Shown piece by piece: positions 35,835 through 44,751 of a stretch of DNA of 64,000 bases (the stretch's first letter is position 1; every line of letters begins with the position of its first letter). The DNA lies in contig JBGAHK010000003.1 in assembly GCA_044226215.1 (NCBI GenBank), positions 153,509 to 217,508 on the forward strand. Reading direction: 5' to 3'. A program made the translations under genes and the position numbers. The stretch is from Fimbriimonadaceae bacterium. Its GTDB lineage: Bacteria > Armatimonadota > Fimbriimonadia > Fimbriimonadales > Fimbriimonadaceae. The notes under the pieces were generated by a model that was given only the letters and a program-made list of their open reading frames with translations, did no database searches and was not told the origin of the DNA.

Positions 35835-36167
35835 ATGTCTACTATTGCTAGCGATCAATCGTCGACATTTGCGCTGCACGCCAAGGCGTTGCGGGCGGGC
35901 CGACGAACTTACTTTTTTGACATCAAGCGAGCCGAGCGCGGCGAGCTCTACGTGGCGATTACGGAGAGCAAAGGCGTGGACGGCCAGTTCGAGCGACACA
36001 AGCTGCTGCTTCCTGCGATCTATTCGGACGCGTTCTTCGATGCGTTGAAGGAGACCGTGCAGGAGCTGGGCCGGATGCTGGGCGACCGTCCCCCCGAACC
36101 GGAAGCGGAGCGGATTACGGCTCCCGTGCCCGTTAGTGCTCCCGAGCCCAAGCGAAAGCGAAGGTGA
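35835..36167 (+). CDS. PUR-alpha-like (DUF3276) nucleic-acid-binding protein
   Basis: 110 aa. LRAGRRTYFFDIKRAERGELYVAITESKG...FERHKLLLPAIYSDAFFDALKETVQEL matches the bacterial PUR repeat pattern. Basic tail KRKRR. Confidence 0.65.
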   Translation: MSTIASDQSSTFALHAKALRAGRRTYFFDIKRAERGELYVAITESKGVDGQFERHKLLLPAIYSDAFFDALKETVQELGRMLGDRPPEPEAERITAPVPVSAPEPKRKRR

Positions 36168-36201
36168 GGCGGACGGCTGGGTCTGGTACCCTTCTGGGTT
36201 C

Positions 36202-37848
36202 ATGGCAGATGTAAGCATCGTGCCTCTGGGCGGCGCGGGGGAAATCGGAAAAAACTGTACGGTGGTCACCCAGGGCGACGACATGATCGTCGTCGATGTC
36301 GGATTGTCGTTTCCGACGGAAGAGATGTTCGGGGTGGACATCGTCATCCCCGATTTCACGCACATCCTGGAAAACAAAGAGCGCCTCAAGGGCATTTTCC
36401 TCACTCACGCCCACGAGGACCACGTTGGCGCGCTTCCTTATCTGCTGCCGCACGTCCGCTGTCCGGTCTACGCAACGCCGCTCACGATGGCGCTGATCCA
36501 GAACAAGCTGGGCGAGAAGATGGACATCCGAACGATCGATTTCCGCACGATCGAGCCGGGCGAGCGAGTCAAGGCGGGATCGTTTACGGTCGAGCCGGTC
36601 CGCATTACCCACTCGATCCCCGAAACGTGCTGCATCGCGATTGAAACCGAGCACGGCTATGTGCTGTTCACCGCCGACTTCAAGTTCGACTTCAGCCCCG
36701 TCGATGGCAAGCTGAGCAACATTGGTCGCCTCGCCGAGATCGGCAAAGAAGGCGTTGTTTGTTTGCTCAGCGACTCGACCAACGTCGACCGCCCGGGATG
36801 GGGTCCGAGCGAGAAGGCAGTGGCGGCGGGTTTTCGAAAGGTTTTCACGCAAGCCCCCGGGCGCGTGCTCATCACGACCTTCGCCAGCAATATCCACCGG
36901 ATGCAGCAGGCATTTGATGTGGCGGCGGAGACCGGACGCAAGGTGGCGGTTGCGGGTCGGCGCATGGAGCAGACCCTCGATATCTGCTCAAAGCTCGGCT
37001 ATCTCCAGATTCCCCGAGGCACGTGGGTCAAGCTCAACGAAGTCTCGCAATATCCGAACGACAAGCTCGTCATCCTCACCACGGGAAGCCAGGGCGAGCC
37101 GATGTCGGCGCTCGTTCAGATGTCTCGCGCCGAATACTCACGGATGCAGATCAAGGACGGCGACACCATCCTTTACTCTGCCCGGCCGATTCCTGGTAAC
37201 GAAGGCGCGATCTGGCGCACGATCAACCGGCTGTTCCGAATGGGTGCGACCGTGATTTACGAAAGCGAAACGCCGATTCACGTTTCGGGTCATGCCTACC
37301 GCGAAGAGTTAAAGATGATGATCAACTTGACGCGGCCGTACTATTTGGCGCCCGTCCATGGCGAGCCGCGCCATCAGCATCTTTATCGCAAGATGGCCCT
37401 CGAGATGGGCTATCCCGAGTCGCGCATTTTTACGCTGTTCGACGGCGTGCCGCTGCTCATCCAGGAAACGATCGCGCGACTCGGCGAGCCCGTGCCGTTT
37501 GGCCGTGTGCTTGTCGACAACGCAGGCAATCCCGGCGTGTCCGATGAAGTGCTCCGCGATCGCAGTGCCCTCGCGAACGACGGCACCGTCGTGGTGACGC
37601 TCGCGGTCGACATCGAGCGAGGCGAAGTCGTCTCCGACCCTGAAATTCAGGCGAAGGGCTTTTCCGGTCCGCCGAACGCGCTCCAAGAAGCGGTGGAGAC
37701 CCTCAGCGATCACCTCAAGGCGTACAGCCGCGAGGACCTGAAGGATGTCGAGGTCCTGCGTCACGAAATCGCCGACACGATCCGCAAGGCGATCCACCGG
37801 CGCTCCCAGCTGCGGCCGCTCGTGATTCCCGCCGTGATCGAGGTCTAG
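36202..37848 (+). CDS. rnj: ribonuclease J
   Basis: The ATG at 36202 gives MADVSIVPLGGAGEIGKNCTVV. Metallo-beta-lactamase motif THAHEDHVGALPY. Length is about 548 aa. Confidence 0.9.
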   Translation: MADVSIVPLGGAGEIGKNCTVVTQGDDMIVVDVGLSFPTEEMFGVDIVIPDFTHILENKERLKGIFLTHAHEDHVGALPYLLPHVRCPVYATPLTMALIQNKLGEKMDIRTIDFRTIEPGERVKAGSFTVEPVRITHSIPETCCIAIETEHGYVLFTADFKFDFSPVDGKLSNIGRLAEIGKEGVVCLLSDSTNVDRPGWGPSEKAVAAGFRKVFTQAPGRVLITTFASNIHRMQQAFDVAAETGRKVAVAGRRMEQTLDICSKLGYLQIPRGTWVKLNEVSQYPNDKLVILTTGSQGEPMSALVQMSRAEYSRMQIKDGDTILYSARPIPGNEGAIWRTINRLFRMGATVIYESETPIHVSGHAYREELKMMINLTRPYYLAPVHGEPRHQHLYRKMALEMGYPESRIFTLFDGVPLLIQETIARLGEPVPFGRVLVDNAGNPGVSDEVLRDRSALANDGTVVVTLAVDIERGEVVSDPEIQAKGFSGPPNALQEAVETLSDHLKAYSREDLKDVEVLRHEIADTIRKAIHRRSQLRPLVIPAVIEV

Positions 37849-40214
37849 GACCCCGACTTGTCGAAGTTGGTCGACAGAATCGAGTAATCGAAAACCTCGA
37901 TGGTGCCGTTGCCATTGAGGTCGGCATCGGGGTTCCACGCCATCGACGTCGGATCCGTGTCCCAAGCATCGCTCAGGAGCGAGTAGTCGAAGACCGTGAT
38001 TGCGTTGTCGTTATCGATGTCGCCGTTCAAGAGCGTCCACGAGGTGTTCGCGCCGGTGGCCCCAACGATCACCGTCTTCTTTGCGCGGAGCCAGTGCCAC
38101 ACGTTGAGATACATCGTGTAGGTGCCTGCCGCCAACGTGGTCGGGAAGCTGAACTTGCCGTCGGGCTTGATCGTGAACTGGTGCGTCTTGGTGGGGAAGA
38201 TGTCTCCCGCACCATAGATCGAGAGCCGTGCTGGCGTGCCGTAGTCGCCGCCTTCCCAATCGCTCCCTAGATTGACGGTTCCCGTCATCGTCTTGGGCGT
38301 ACCGGTCAGCTTGCCCGTGTAGAAGATGCACTGCCAGTTCTCCAGGTAGGTCGTGTAGTTGGGCGACGAATCGCGGATCAGGACGCGCCAAACGCCGTAA
38401 GGGTCTTGGCCCCAGAACGCGTTGGTGACCAACGTTTCCACGTGGAGTTTGGAACCGAAAACGCGCGTTCCGCCCGCGATGGAGCGGACCAGCGGCGACC
38501 ACATGCCTTGTGGAGACCGAATCCAGACTTCCAGGTCGCTGTAGCGCTCGCTTTGGAGATACGGATAGATCTGGATGCTCTCGAGCGGCTCGTGCGTGGG
38601 CATGGTCACATCCCACGAGGCACCTGCCGAATTGTTGTCGGGCAGGTCCGCATGGTTCGTGACGACGCCCGTCGTCTCGTAAGCCTCGGCGGTCACACCC
38701 GTGTACTGCTTGGCGGCATCGACAAACGCGGCCGCGTCGACAAGACCAAAGCCGTAGTTCGGGTTGAACTCGATGCCGGCGGCGTTGGCGCGCCAGCCGC
38801 CATAGCTCGTCGTGGTGTTGTCGTTGGGATCGACCTTGCGACAGGTCTTCACGAGCAGGTGCTGGGCCATGCGGGGCGAAAGGGCCGGCTGAGCTTCTTT
38901 AGCCAGTGCCATCACACCCGCCACTTCCGGAGTCGCGGCGGAGGTGCCGCCGAAACTGTTCGTGTAATCGCGGTTCGGATAGTCGGTCACCTTGCCCGAC
39001 AGGTTGTATCCGCCCTCACCGGGATTATCGGTGGACGCGATCCCGAAGAAACCGTTCGAACTCGACGGCGCGCAGCAGAAGAGGCACGAGCCGAAGTTGG
39101 AGTAGTTCGAAAACTTGCCGTTGCTGCCCAGGGCACCCACGACAATCGCCCGGCGCGCAGCGCGCGAATGCATCGAGCCCGAATCGCCCGCGTTGGTGTT
39201 TCTGTAGTTACCGGCCGAAAGGCAGTGGATCGTGCCCGCGCCCGTGGAGTAGCCGAGGGCCTGAAAATCGTCCTCGTTCTCGTAGAACGGCAGGTCGTAT
39301 CCGTAGCTCTGGCTCTTGATGTTGATGAACGTGTTCGGCGACGTGCTGTTCTTAACGATCGCGGAGGTGCCATCGGCGGGGACGGAGAAGCTAAAGCGGA
39401 TCGGGCTGAGATCGGCCTCGGGAGCGACGCCGGTCCCACCGCGTCCGTTCGCACCGACGGCGGCGAGCAAGCCAGCGCACGCCGTGCCGTGCGGATCGTA
39501 ATAGATGCCGTTCGCGTCCTTGGCCGGATAGGGAGCATTGTCGCCATCGACATAGTCGTACGCGTAGGTGCTCTTGAAATTGGCGAATAGATCGAGGTGC
39601 GATATGACGACGCCTTCCTCGGGGTTGCAGACGATCACGCCATTGCCGGTGTAATTGGCGGCAAAGAGAGAACCGGAATCCCAGACCGGCGAGACGTTGA
39701 GGTCGAGCATCGGCTTGGCCTTGTTATAGATGTGCCATTGGCCGGGATACTGGGCGGGAGGAAATACGGGCGAGAAGTAGGGATCGTTCGGCGCCCAGTT
39801 CGTCACGAGGCGCGGCTTGTTCATCACATGCGATTCGATGACGCCCGGCGCTTTTTGAAGCTCAGCGTTCGCGGCGACCGCCTCGGCCGAAGTTGCCGCT
39901 TTGAAAAAGTGGCGATTGGGATCGGCCTCAAATGGGCGCACGTAGGTAAGACCCAGCGCCCAAGCGAGAGCCTGCGGCTGCGCTCCGGACTCCAGCGTGA
40001 CAAAAATGGTGTCGGACGGCTGCTCCCGGTCGATCGCGATCGGATCGCCCGTTCGGGGAGGGGCACCCTCCAGAACCTGAATCGGCGGAGCGTCGTTGGC
40101 CACGGCGGGACGCACGGCGACGCGTCCGTTTCCGAACGTGCACGAGGCGAGGCACGTCAGGGCCAAAAGGGCAGTTTGCTGCAACTGTCGCATGACTCGA
40201 CTACTGTACAACAC
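37845..40214 (-). CDS. kexin/furin-like S8B subtilase with P-domain, beta-sandwich and dockerin-like C-terminus
   Basis: 789 aa. Motifs: YTGNGVIVCNPEEG, HGTACAGLLAAV, CLSAGNYRN, GGTSAATPEVAGVMAL. P-domain-like DLEVWIRSPQG...WGQDPYGVWRVLIRD...WQCIFYTGK. C-terminal NGDIDNDNAITVFDYSLLSD...DADLNGNGTIEVFDYSILSTNFD. Confidence 0.85.
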   Translation of the reverse strand: MLYSSRVMRQLQQTALLALTCLASCTFGNGRVAVRPAVANDAPPIQVLEGAPPRTGDPIAIDREQPSDTIFVTLESGAQPQALAWALGLTYVRPFEADPNRHFFKAATSAEAVAANAELQKAPGVIESHVMNKPRLVTNWAPNDPYFSPVFPPAQYPGQWHIYNKAKPMLDLNVSPVWDSGSLFAANYTGNGVIVCNPEEGVVISHLDLFANFKSTYAYDYVDGDNAPYPAKDANGIYYDPHGTACAGLLAAVGANGRGGTGVAPEADLSPIRFSFSVPADGTSAIVKNSTSPNTFINIKSQSYGYDLPFYENEDDFQALGYSTGAGTIHCLSAGNYRNTNAGDSGSMHSRAARRAIVVGALGSNGKFSNYSNFGSCLFCCAPSSSNGFFGIASTDNPGEGGYNLSGKVTDYPNRDYTNSFGGTSAATPEVAGVMALAKEAQPALSPRMAQHLLVKTCRKVDPNDNTTTSYGGWRANAAGIEFNPNYGFGLVDAAAFVDAAKQYTGVTAEAYETTGVVTNHADLPDNNSAGASWDVTMPTHEPLESIQIYPYLQSERYSDLEVWIRSPQGMWSPLVRSIAGGTRVFGSKLHVETLVTNAFWGQDPYGVWRVLIRDSSPNYTTYLENWQCIFYTGKLTGTPKTMTGTVNLGSDWEGGDYGTPARLSIYGAGDIFPTKTHQFTIKPDGKFSFPTTLAAGTYTMYLNVWHWLRAKKTVIVGATGANTSWTLLNGDIDNDNAITVFDYSLLSDAWDTDPTSMAWNPDADLNGNGTIEVFDYSILSTNFDKSGS

Positions 40215-40317
40215 AATCTGCCGGCCCCAATTGAATTTGTCGCCGAGGGCCTAGGACCTCGCAAATTGGACTGAAAGGTCGCGCCATCGCAAGGCAGGCG
40301 GATGAACCAAACTGAAG

Positions 40318-40391
40318 TGGCTGGCGGACTAGGATTCGAACCTAGACATACGGCACCAAAAACCGGTGTCCTACCATTAGACGATCCGCCA
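40318..40391 (-). tRNA. tRNA-Gln (anticodon UUG)
   Basis: The reverse complement folds as a 74-nt cloverleaf. Acceptor TGGCGGA/TCCGCCA, discriminator G, encoded CCA. D arm GTCT-AATGGTA-GGAC. Anticodon arm CCGGT-TTTTGGT-GCCGT (TTG at positions 34-36). T arm CTAGG-TTCGAAT-CCTAG. Confidence 0.9.
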
Positions 40392-40440
40392 ACGAGCTAT
40401 CATTATACCGACGGGGTACCGCGCCCACCTTCCCCTACGA

Positions 40441-41550
40441 TTGCTCATGACCACGACTGTTTATTCCAGCCGAATCACTCGTTTGGCCGAGGAGATCTGC
40501 GAGGCAGGTCTCAGCGCGCTGCTCGTTTCGAATCAGTACGCGATGGGCTACCTGCAGGGGTTTTCGGAGAACAGCCATGAGCGGTTTATGGTTCTCGCGA
40601 TCCACTGCGACGGTCGGGTTCGCCTGATCTGCCCGGCCCTGAGCGCGAACCAGGCCGAGCGCATCGGCATCGAGGACATTCGGGGGTGGCGCGACGGCGA
40701 AGATCCGGTCGCCCATTTTCGCGATCTTGTGAACGACTGGGACCTGAAGAAGGGCGTGCTCGGCATCGACGACGAGATGCCCGCGAAGACCCTGCTCGAG
40801 ATTCAGGCGGTAATGCCCACCGCCCTGTTCCGCCCGGCGGGCTCTGTCATCGCCAAGCTGATGCGTGTGAAGGATCAGCGCGAAATCGACCTGCTTCGCA
40901 AAGCGGGTGACATCGCCGACCAGGCATTCGAGGCAGGCAAAAGGGCGGTGATGCCGGGAGCCACCGAGCTGGAAATCGCCGACGCGCTCAGCACGGCGAT
41001 GAAGGAGTTGGGTGGGACGCCGACCTTTGCGATTGTGGCGGTTGGTGCGGCCAGCGCCGAGCCGCATCACCTGTCCGATCATACGGAAGTTCGGCGTGGC
41101 GACATCGTGCTGATGGATTTCGGCTGCCTGTACGAGGGGTATCACAGCGACATCACGCGCGTGGTCTCGTGCGGACCGGCGACGGAGGAGGCCCATCGGG
41201 TTTATCAGGTGGTCTTGGAAGCGCACCACGCCGCGCGTCAAGCGATCAAGGTCGGCCGGGCGTGCGAGCAAATCGACCAGGCGGCGCGCGACGTGATCGA
41301 ACAGGCGGGATACGGCGAGTTCTTTGTACATCGAACCGGCCACGGAATCGGCACGCGCGGCCACGAGGAGCCCTACATCGTCGCGGGGAACAAACTGCCG
41401 GTCGAGCCTGGCTTCTGCTTCAGCATCGAGCCCGGCATCTATCTGCCCGGGAAATTCGGCATCCGCATCGAGAACATCGTTGCGGCCACTGCGTCCGGCC
41501 ACGACAGCATGAACGACGAGCCGAGCGCGACCCTGCTCGAAATCGACTAG
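40441..41550 (+). CDS. M24 family Xaa-Pro dipeptidase/aminopeptidase
   Basis: 369 aa. Motifs: DFGCLYEGYHSDITR, HRTGHGIG, EPGIYLPG, IRIENIV. Confidence 0.85.
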   Translation: MLMTTTVYSSRITRLAEEICEAGLSALLVSNQYAMGYLQGFSENSHERFMVLAIHCDGRVRLICPALSANQAERIGIEDIRGWRDGEDPVAHFRDLVNDWDLKKGVLGIDDEMPAKTLLEIQAVMPTALFRPAGSVIAKLMRVKDQREIDLLRKAGDIADQAFEAGKRAVMPGATELEIADALSTAMKELGGTPTFAIVAVGAASAEPHHLSDHTEVRRGDIVLMDFGCLYEGYHSDITRVVSCGPATEEAHRVYQVVLEAHHAARQAIKVGRACEQIDQAARDVIEQAGYGEFFVHRTGHGIGTRGHEEPYIVAGNKLPVEPGFCFSIEPGIYLPGKFGIRIENIVAATASGHDSMNDEPSATLLEID

Positions 41551-41598
41551 CACCCCCAGGCGGGCGCGTATAATCTCTAGCATCAGAGGCTGCCTCCC

Positions 41599-42741
41599 AT
41601 GAACCAAGTGCTGTTTTTCGATACCACTCTGCGCGACGGCGAGCAGAGCCCCGGCGTGCACCTCAACATGACCCAAAAGCTGGAGATCGCACGGGCGCTC
41701 CAGCGAATTGGCGTCAACATCATCGAAGGTGGATTCCCGATCTCGTCACCAGGCGATTTCGAGAGCGTCAATACGCTCGCCAAGGAGATCAAAGGCGTGA
41801 CCATTTGCGGCCTGACTCGCGCTCGGGAGAAGGACATCGAGGTGGCCGCCGAAGCTCTCGCCCCCGCCGAAAGCAAGCGGATCCATACCGGCCTGGGCGT
41901 CAGCCAGAACCATCTTTTGCACAAGCTTCGCATGACGGCTGACGAGGCGTTGGAAGTCGGCGTGAAAGCGGTGCGCTACGCTCGCCAGTTCACGGACGAC
42001 ATCGAGTATTTCATGGAGGATTCGGGCCGGGCGGATCGCGACTATGTCTACCGCGTGGTGGAGGCCGTCATCGCGGCGGGCGCCACCACGATCAATGTTC
42101 CCGATACCACTGGCTTCACTTACCCCGCCGAATACCGCGAGCTGATCGCAGGCATCATCGAAAATGTACCGAACAGCGACAAAGCGGTCTTCTCGTGCCA
42201 TTGTCACAACGACCTCGGCATGGCGACGGCGAATACGCTCGCGGGGGTCATCGGTGGAGCGCGCCAAGTCGAAGTCACCGTCAATGGCATCGGCGAGCGA
42301 GCCGGCAATACGGCGCTCGAAGAAGTCGTGATGGCGCTGACCATCCGCGAGGACAAGTTCGGCGTCACCCATTCGATCGACACGACGCAGCTCGTCCCGC
42401 TTTCCCGACTGGTCGCACAGCACACGGGAATGGTCGTCCAGCGCAACAAGGCGGTGGTCGGGGCAAACGCGTATGCCCACTCGTCGGGCATCCACCAAGA
42501 TGGCGTTCTCAAGGAGCGTTCGACCTACGAAATCATCGATCCCAAGCTCGTGGGAGCAGAGCGAACTGAGATCATTCTCACCGCGCGCTCCGGGCGCCAC
42601 GGCCTGAAGCACCGATTGGCTGAGATCGGTTTCAGCTTCCCCGAGGACCGGTTCGAGGAGATTTATGCGCGGTTCCTCAATGCGGCCGACACCAAGGGCG
42701 AAATCGGCGACGAGGATCTCCGTGAGCTCGTCGCCTCCTGA
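41599..42741 (+). CDS. 2-isopropylmalate synthase/homocitrate synthase family protein, short form without the C-terminal regulatory domain
   Basis: 380 aa. FFDTTLRDGEQSPGV and the HCHNDLGMATANTLAG motif. It ends at ...GEIGDEDLRELVAS, where long LeuA proteins continue into the LeuA-dimer/regulatory domain. Confidence 0.8.
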   Translation: MNQVLFFDTTLRDGEQSPGVHLNMTQKLEIARALQRIGVNIIEGGFPISSPGDFESVNTLAKEIKGVTICGLTRAREKDIEVAAEALAPAESKRIHTGLGVSQNHLLHKLRMTADEALEVGVKAVRYARQFTDDIEYFMEDSGRADRDYVYRVVEAVIAAGATTINVPDTTGFTYPAEYRELIAGIIENVPNSDKAVFSCHCHNDLGMATANTLAGVIGGARQVEVTVNGIGERAGNTALEEVVMALTIREDKFGVTHSIDTTQLVPLSRLVAQHTGMVVQRNKAVVGANAYAHSSGIHQDGVLKERSTYEIIDPKLVGAERTEIILTARSGRHGLKHRLAEIGFSFPEDRFEEIYARFLNAADTKGEIGDEDLRELVAS

Positions 42742-43213
42742 CTTTTCTATCGTCGAAGCGATCGAACTGCCGGACGGGCTGGAAACCGTCCGACGGCTGT
42801 TCCGCGAGTACGAGGAGGATCTCGGCGTCGATCTGTGTTTCCAAGGGTTCGCGGAGGAGCTGGCGGCGCTTCCCGGAAAATATTCCGCGCCTGAAGGCAC
42901 GCTGGTTCTGGTGCGAGCGGGGGAGCAGGTGGTGGGTTGCGGGGCGGTCCGCCCACACGGTCCCGGCACCTGCGAACTCAAGCGGATGTACATCCAGCCC
43001 GAGGCCCGGGGGAAGGGTTATGGCCGGTTGCTCGCGGTGGCGCTCCTCGAGTGGTCCAAACACGCTGGCTATGAGAAGGCGCTGCTCGACACGCTGGCCC
43101 GTTTAAAACCTGCCGTCGCGCTCTATCATTCGCTGGGCTTCGTCGAGATTCCGCAGTACAACGAGAATCCCGAAGACGACGTCCTCTACTTCGAGCTTCC
43201 GCTACGCCCCTAG
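42722..43213 (+). CDS. GNAT family N-acetyltransferase (start uncertain)
   Basis: The ORF is open from 42665. In-frame starts are GTG at 42722 (20-nt overlap with the upstream gene) and ATG at 42680. Acetyl-CoA loop ARGKGYGRLL. Confidence 0.7.
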   Translation: MSSSPPDFSIVEAIELPDGLETVRRLFREYEEDLGVDLCFQGFAEELAALPGKYSAPEGTLVLVRAGEQVVGCGAVRPHGPGTCELKRMYIQPEARGKGYGRLLAVALLEWSKHAGYEKALLDTLARLKPAVALYHSLGFVEIPQYNENPEDDVLYFELPLRP

Positions 43214-44722
43214 CCGGGATGCAATCGCGAAATCGAATCGGGCGTCGCGTATCGCGACGGCCAGGGCTTCCAAGTCGATCCCGAGCGCACGGTCGGCGTC
43301 AACACGCGGGGCGATACTCCTCACCATTTGGTGAACGGCCTCGATCGCGGGCGACGACTTCAGCGGTCGCCGGAAGTCGATTCCCTCAGCCGCGGCGAGC
43401 ATTTCGATCGCAAGAACCCGTTCGACCAAGCTGACGATCCGTCGCAGCTTGAGCGCCGCCGTCATGCCCATCGAGACGTGGTCTTCTTTGCCCGCCGAGG
43501 TCGGAGTGTTGTCGACACTGGCGGGGTGGGCGAGCACGCGGCATTCGGAGAGCAGAGCCGCAGCCGCGACCTGGGCGATCATGAATCCTGAGCTGGTTCC
43601 GGCGTCGGTCGTCAAAAATGCGGGAAGGCCTTCGCTCAGATCTGGATTCACAAGCCGTTCGATGCGCCGCTCGATGATCGCGGCGAGATCGGTGAGGGCG
43701 ATGGCAGCGTAGTCCAAGGCGTAGGCGAGGGGAGCGCCGTGGAAGTTGCCGCCCGAAATCACGTCTCCCGATTCTGCGAAGACGAGGGGATTGTCCGTCG
43801 CGGACGCCGTCTCGATTTCGAGCACGTCGAGGGCGTGGCGCAGGGCTCCCAGCACGGCTCCATGGACCTGGGGCATGCAGCGGATGCTGTAGGCATCTTG
43901 GACGCGATGATCGCCGTGGCGGTGGGATTCGCGAATTTCGCTGCCTTCGATCACCTCGCGCAGATGGTCGGCGACCGCGATTTGCCCAGCATGGGGGCGA
44001 GCCCGCTGAAGCCGGTCGTCGTAGGCGGCCGGGGTGTCGCGAAGCGCGTCCAGCGTCATCATGCCGACCACGTTGGCCAGCCAGAGGCATCTCAGCCCGC
44101 GAATCAGGGCCAGTCCTCCGACGGCTCCGATCGCCTGCGTGCCGTTGAGCAGAGCGAGTCCTTCTTTCGCCTTCAGCTGGAGTGGCTCGATGCCAGCTTG
44201 GGCCATCGCCTCTCGTCCCGGCATGCGCCGCCCCTGGAAGTTCGCTTCGCCTTCGCCGATCACAACCAGGGCGAGATGGGCCAGCGGAGCCAGATCGCCG
44301 CTTGCGCCAACTGAACCAAGCTCGGGAACGACGGGATGAACGCCTCGGTTGAGCATCGCGATCATCGTCTCCGCGCATTCGGGGCGTGCTCCGCTGAAGC
44401 CGACCGCGAGCACGGCGGCGCGAAGCAGCAACATGACCCGGACTTCGGCCTCGCTTAGGGGATCGCCCATGCCACAGGCATGACTCCGGACGAGATTGAT
44501 CTGCAGGCGCTCGAGATCGTGGATAGGAATCGCGACATCACTCAGCTTGCCAAAGCCCGTATTGACCCCGTATATCTGCTGGTTACTTTCGACGATACGG
44601 TCGATCACCGCACGCGAGCGAAGCATGCGGTCCCGAGCGCCGGGGGCCAGCCGAACCTCCATTCCACGGGCAATCTGGGCTATTTGACGATAAGAGAGCG
44701 GCTCGCCGTCGAGCTCGAGCAT
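43202..44722 (-). CDS. hutH: histidine ammonia-lyase
   Basis: 506 aa. MIO-forming motif GSVGASGDLAPLAHLAL. Confidence 0.92.
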   Translation of the reverse strand: MLELDGEPLSYRQIAQIARGMEVRLAPGARDRMLRSRAVIDRIVESNQQIYGVNTGFGKLSDVAIPIHDLERLQINLVRSHACGMGDPLSEAEVRVMLLLRAAVLAVGFSGARPECAETMIAMLNRGVHPVVPELGSVGASGDLAPLAHLALVVIGEGEANFQGRRMPGREAMAQAGIEPLQLKAKEGLALLNGTQAIGAVGGLALIRGLRCLWLANVVGMMTLDALRDTPAAYDDRLQRARPHAGQIAVADHLREVIEGSEIRESHRHGDHRVQDAYSIRCMPQVHGAVLGALRHALDVLEIETASATDNPLVFAESGDVISGGNFHGAPLAYALDYAAIALTDLAAIIERRIERLVNPDLSEGLPAFLTTDAGTSSGFMIAQVAAAALLSECRVLAHPASVDNTPTSAGKEDHVSMGMTAALKLRRIVSLVERVLAIEMLAAAEGIDFRRPLKSSPAIEAVHQMVRSIAPRVDADRALGIDLEALAVAIRDARFDFAIASRLGA

Positions 44723-44737
44723 GTGGCAAGTCTACTG

Positions 44738-44751
44738 GCTTTCGCGAAAGC
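44738..44751. promoter_or_regulatory. perfect 14-bp palindrome GCTTTCGCGAAAGC upstream of hutH
   Basis: Perfect inverted repeat 16-29 nt upstream of the hutH ATG. The same TTTCGCGAAA core occurs at 35787-35796, upstream of the PUR-like gene promoter. Confidence 0.35.

Noticed and set aside
40222-40264. Imperfect long hairpin centred on CCTAGG downstream of tRNA-Gln, considered as a distinct regulatory RNA
   Set aside because: The pairing is interrupted by several bulges. It is most simply a tRNA terminator or promoter-region structure, and there is not enough evidence for a separate feature.
40215-40440. Genomic island or prophage integration at tRNA-Gln
   Set aside because: No integrase, no direct repeat of the tRNA 3' end, and no compositional break are visible. 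The flanking genes are ordinary (an S8B protease and an M24 peptidase).
41599-42741. leuA pseudogene truncated by a mutation
   Set aside because: No remnant of the regulatory domain exists in any frame downstream, because that space is occupied by an intact GNAT gene. The catalytic motifs are intact, so it is more likely a natural short-form synthase.
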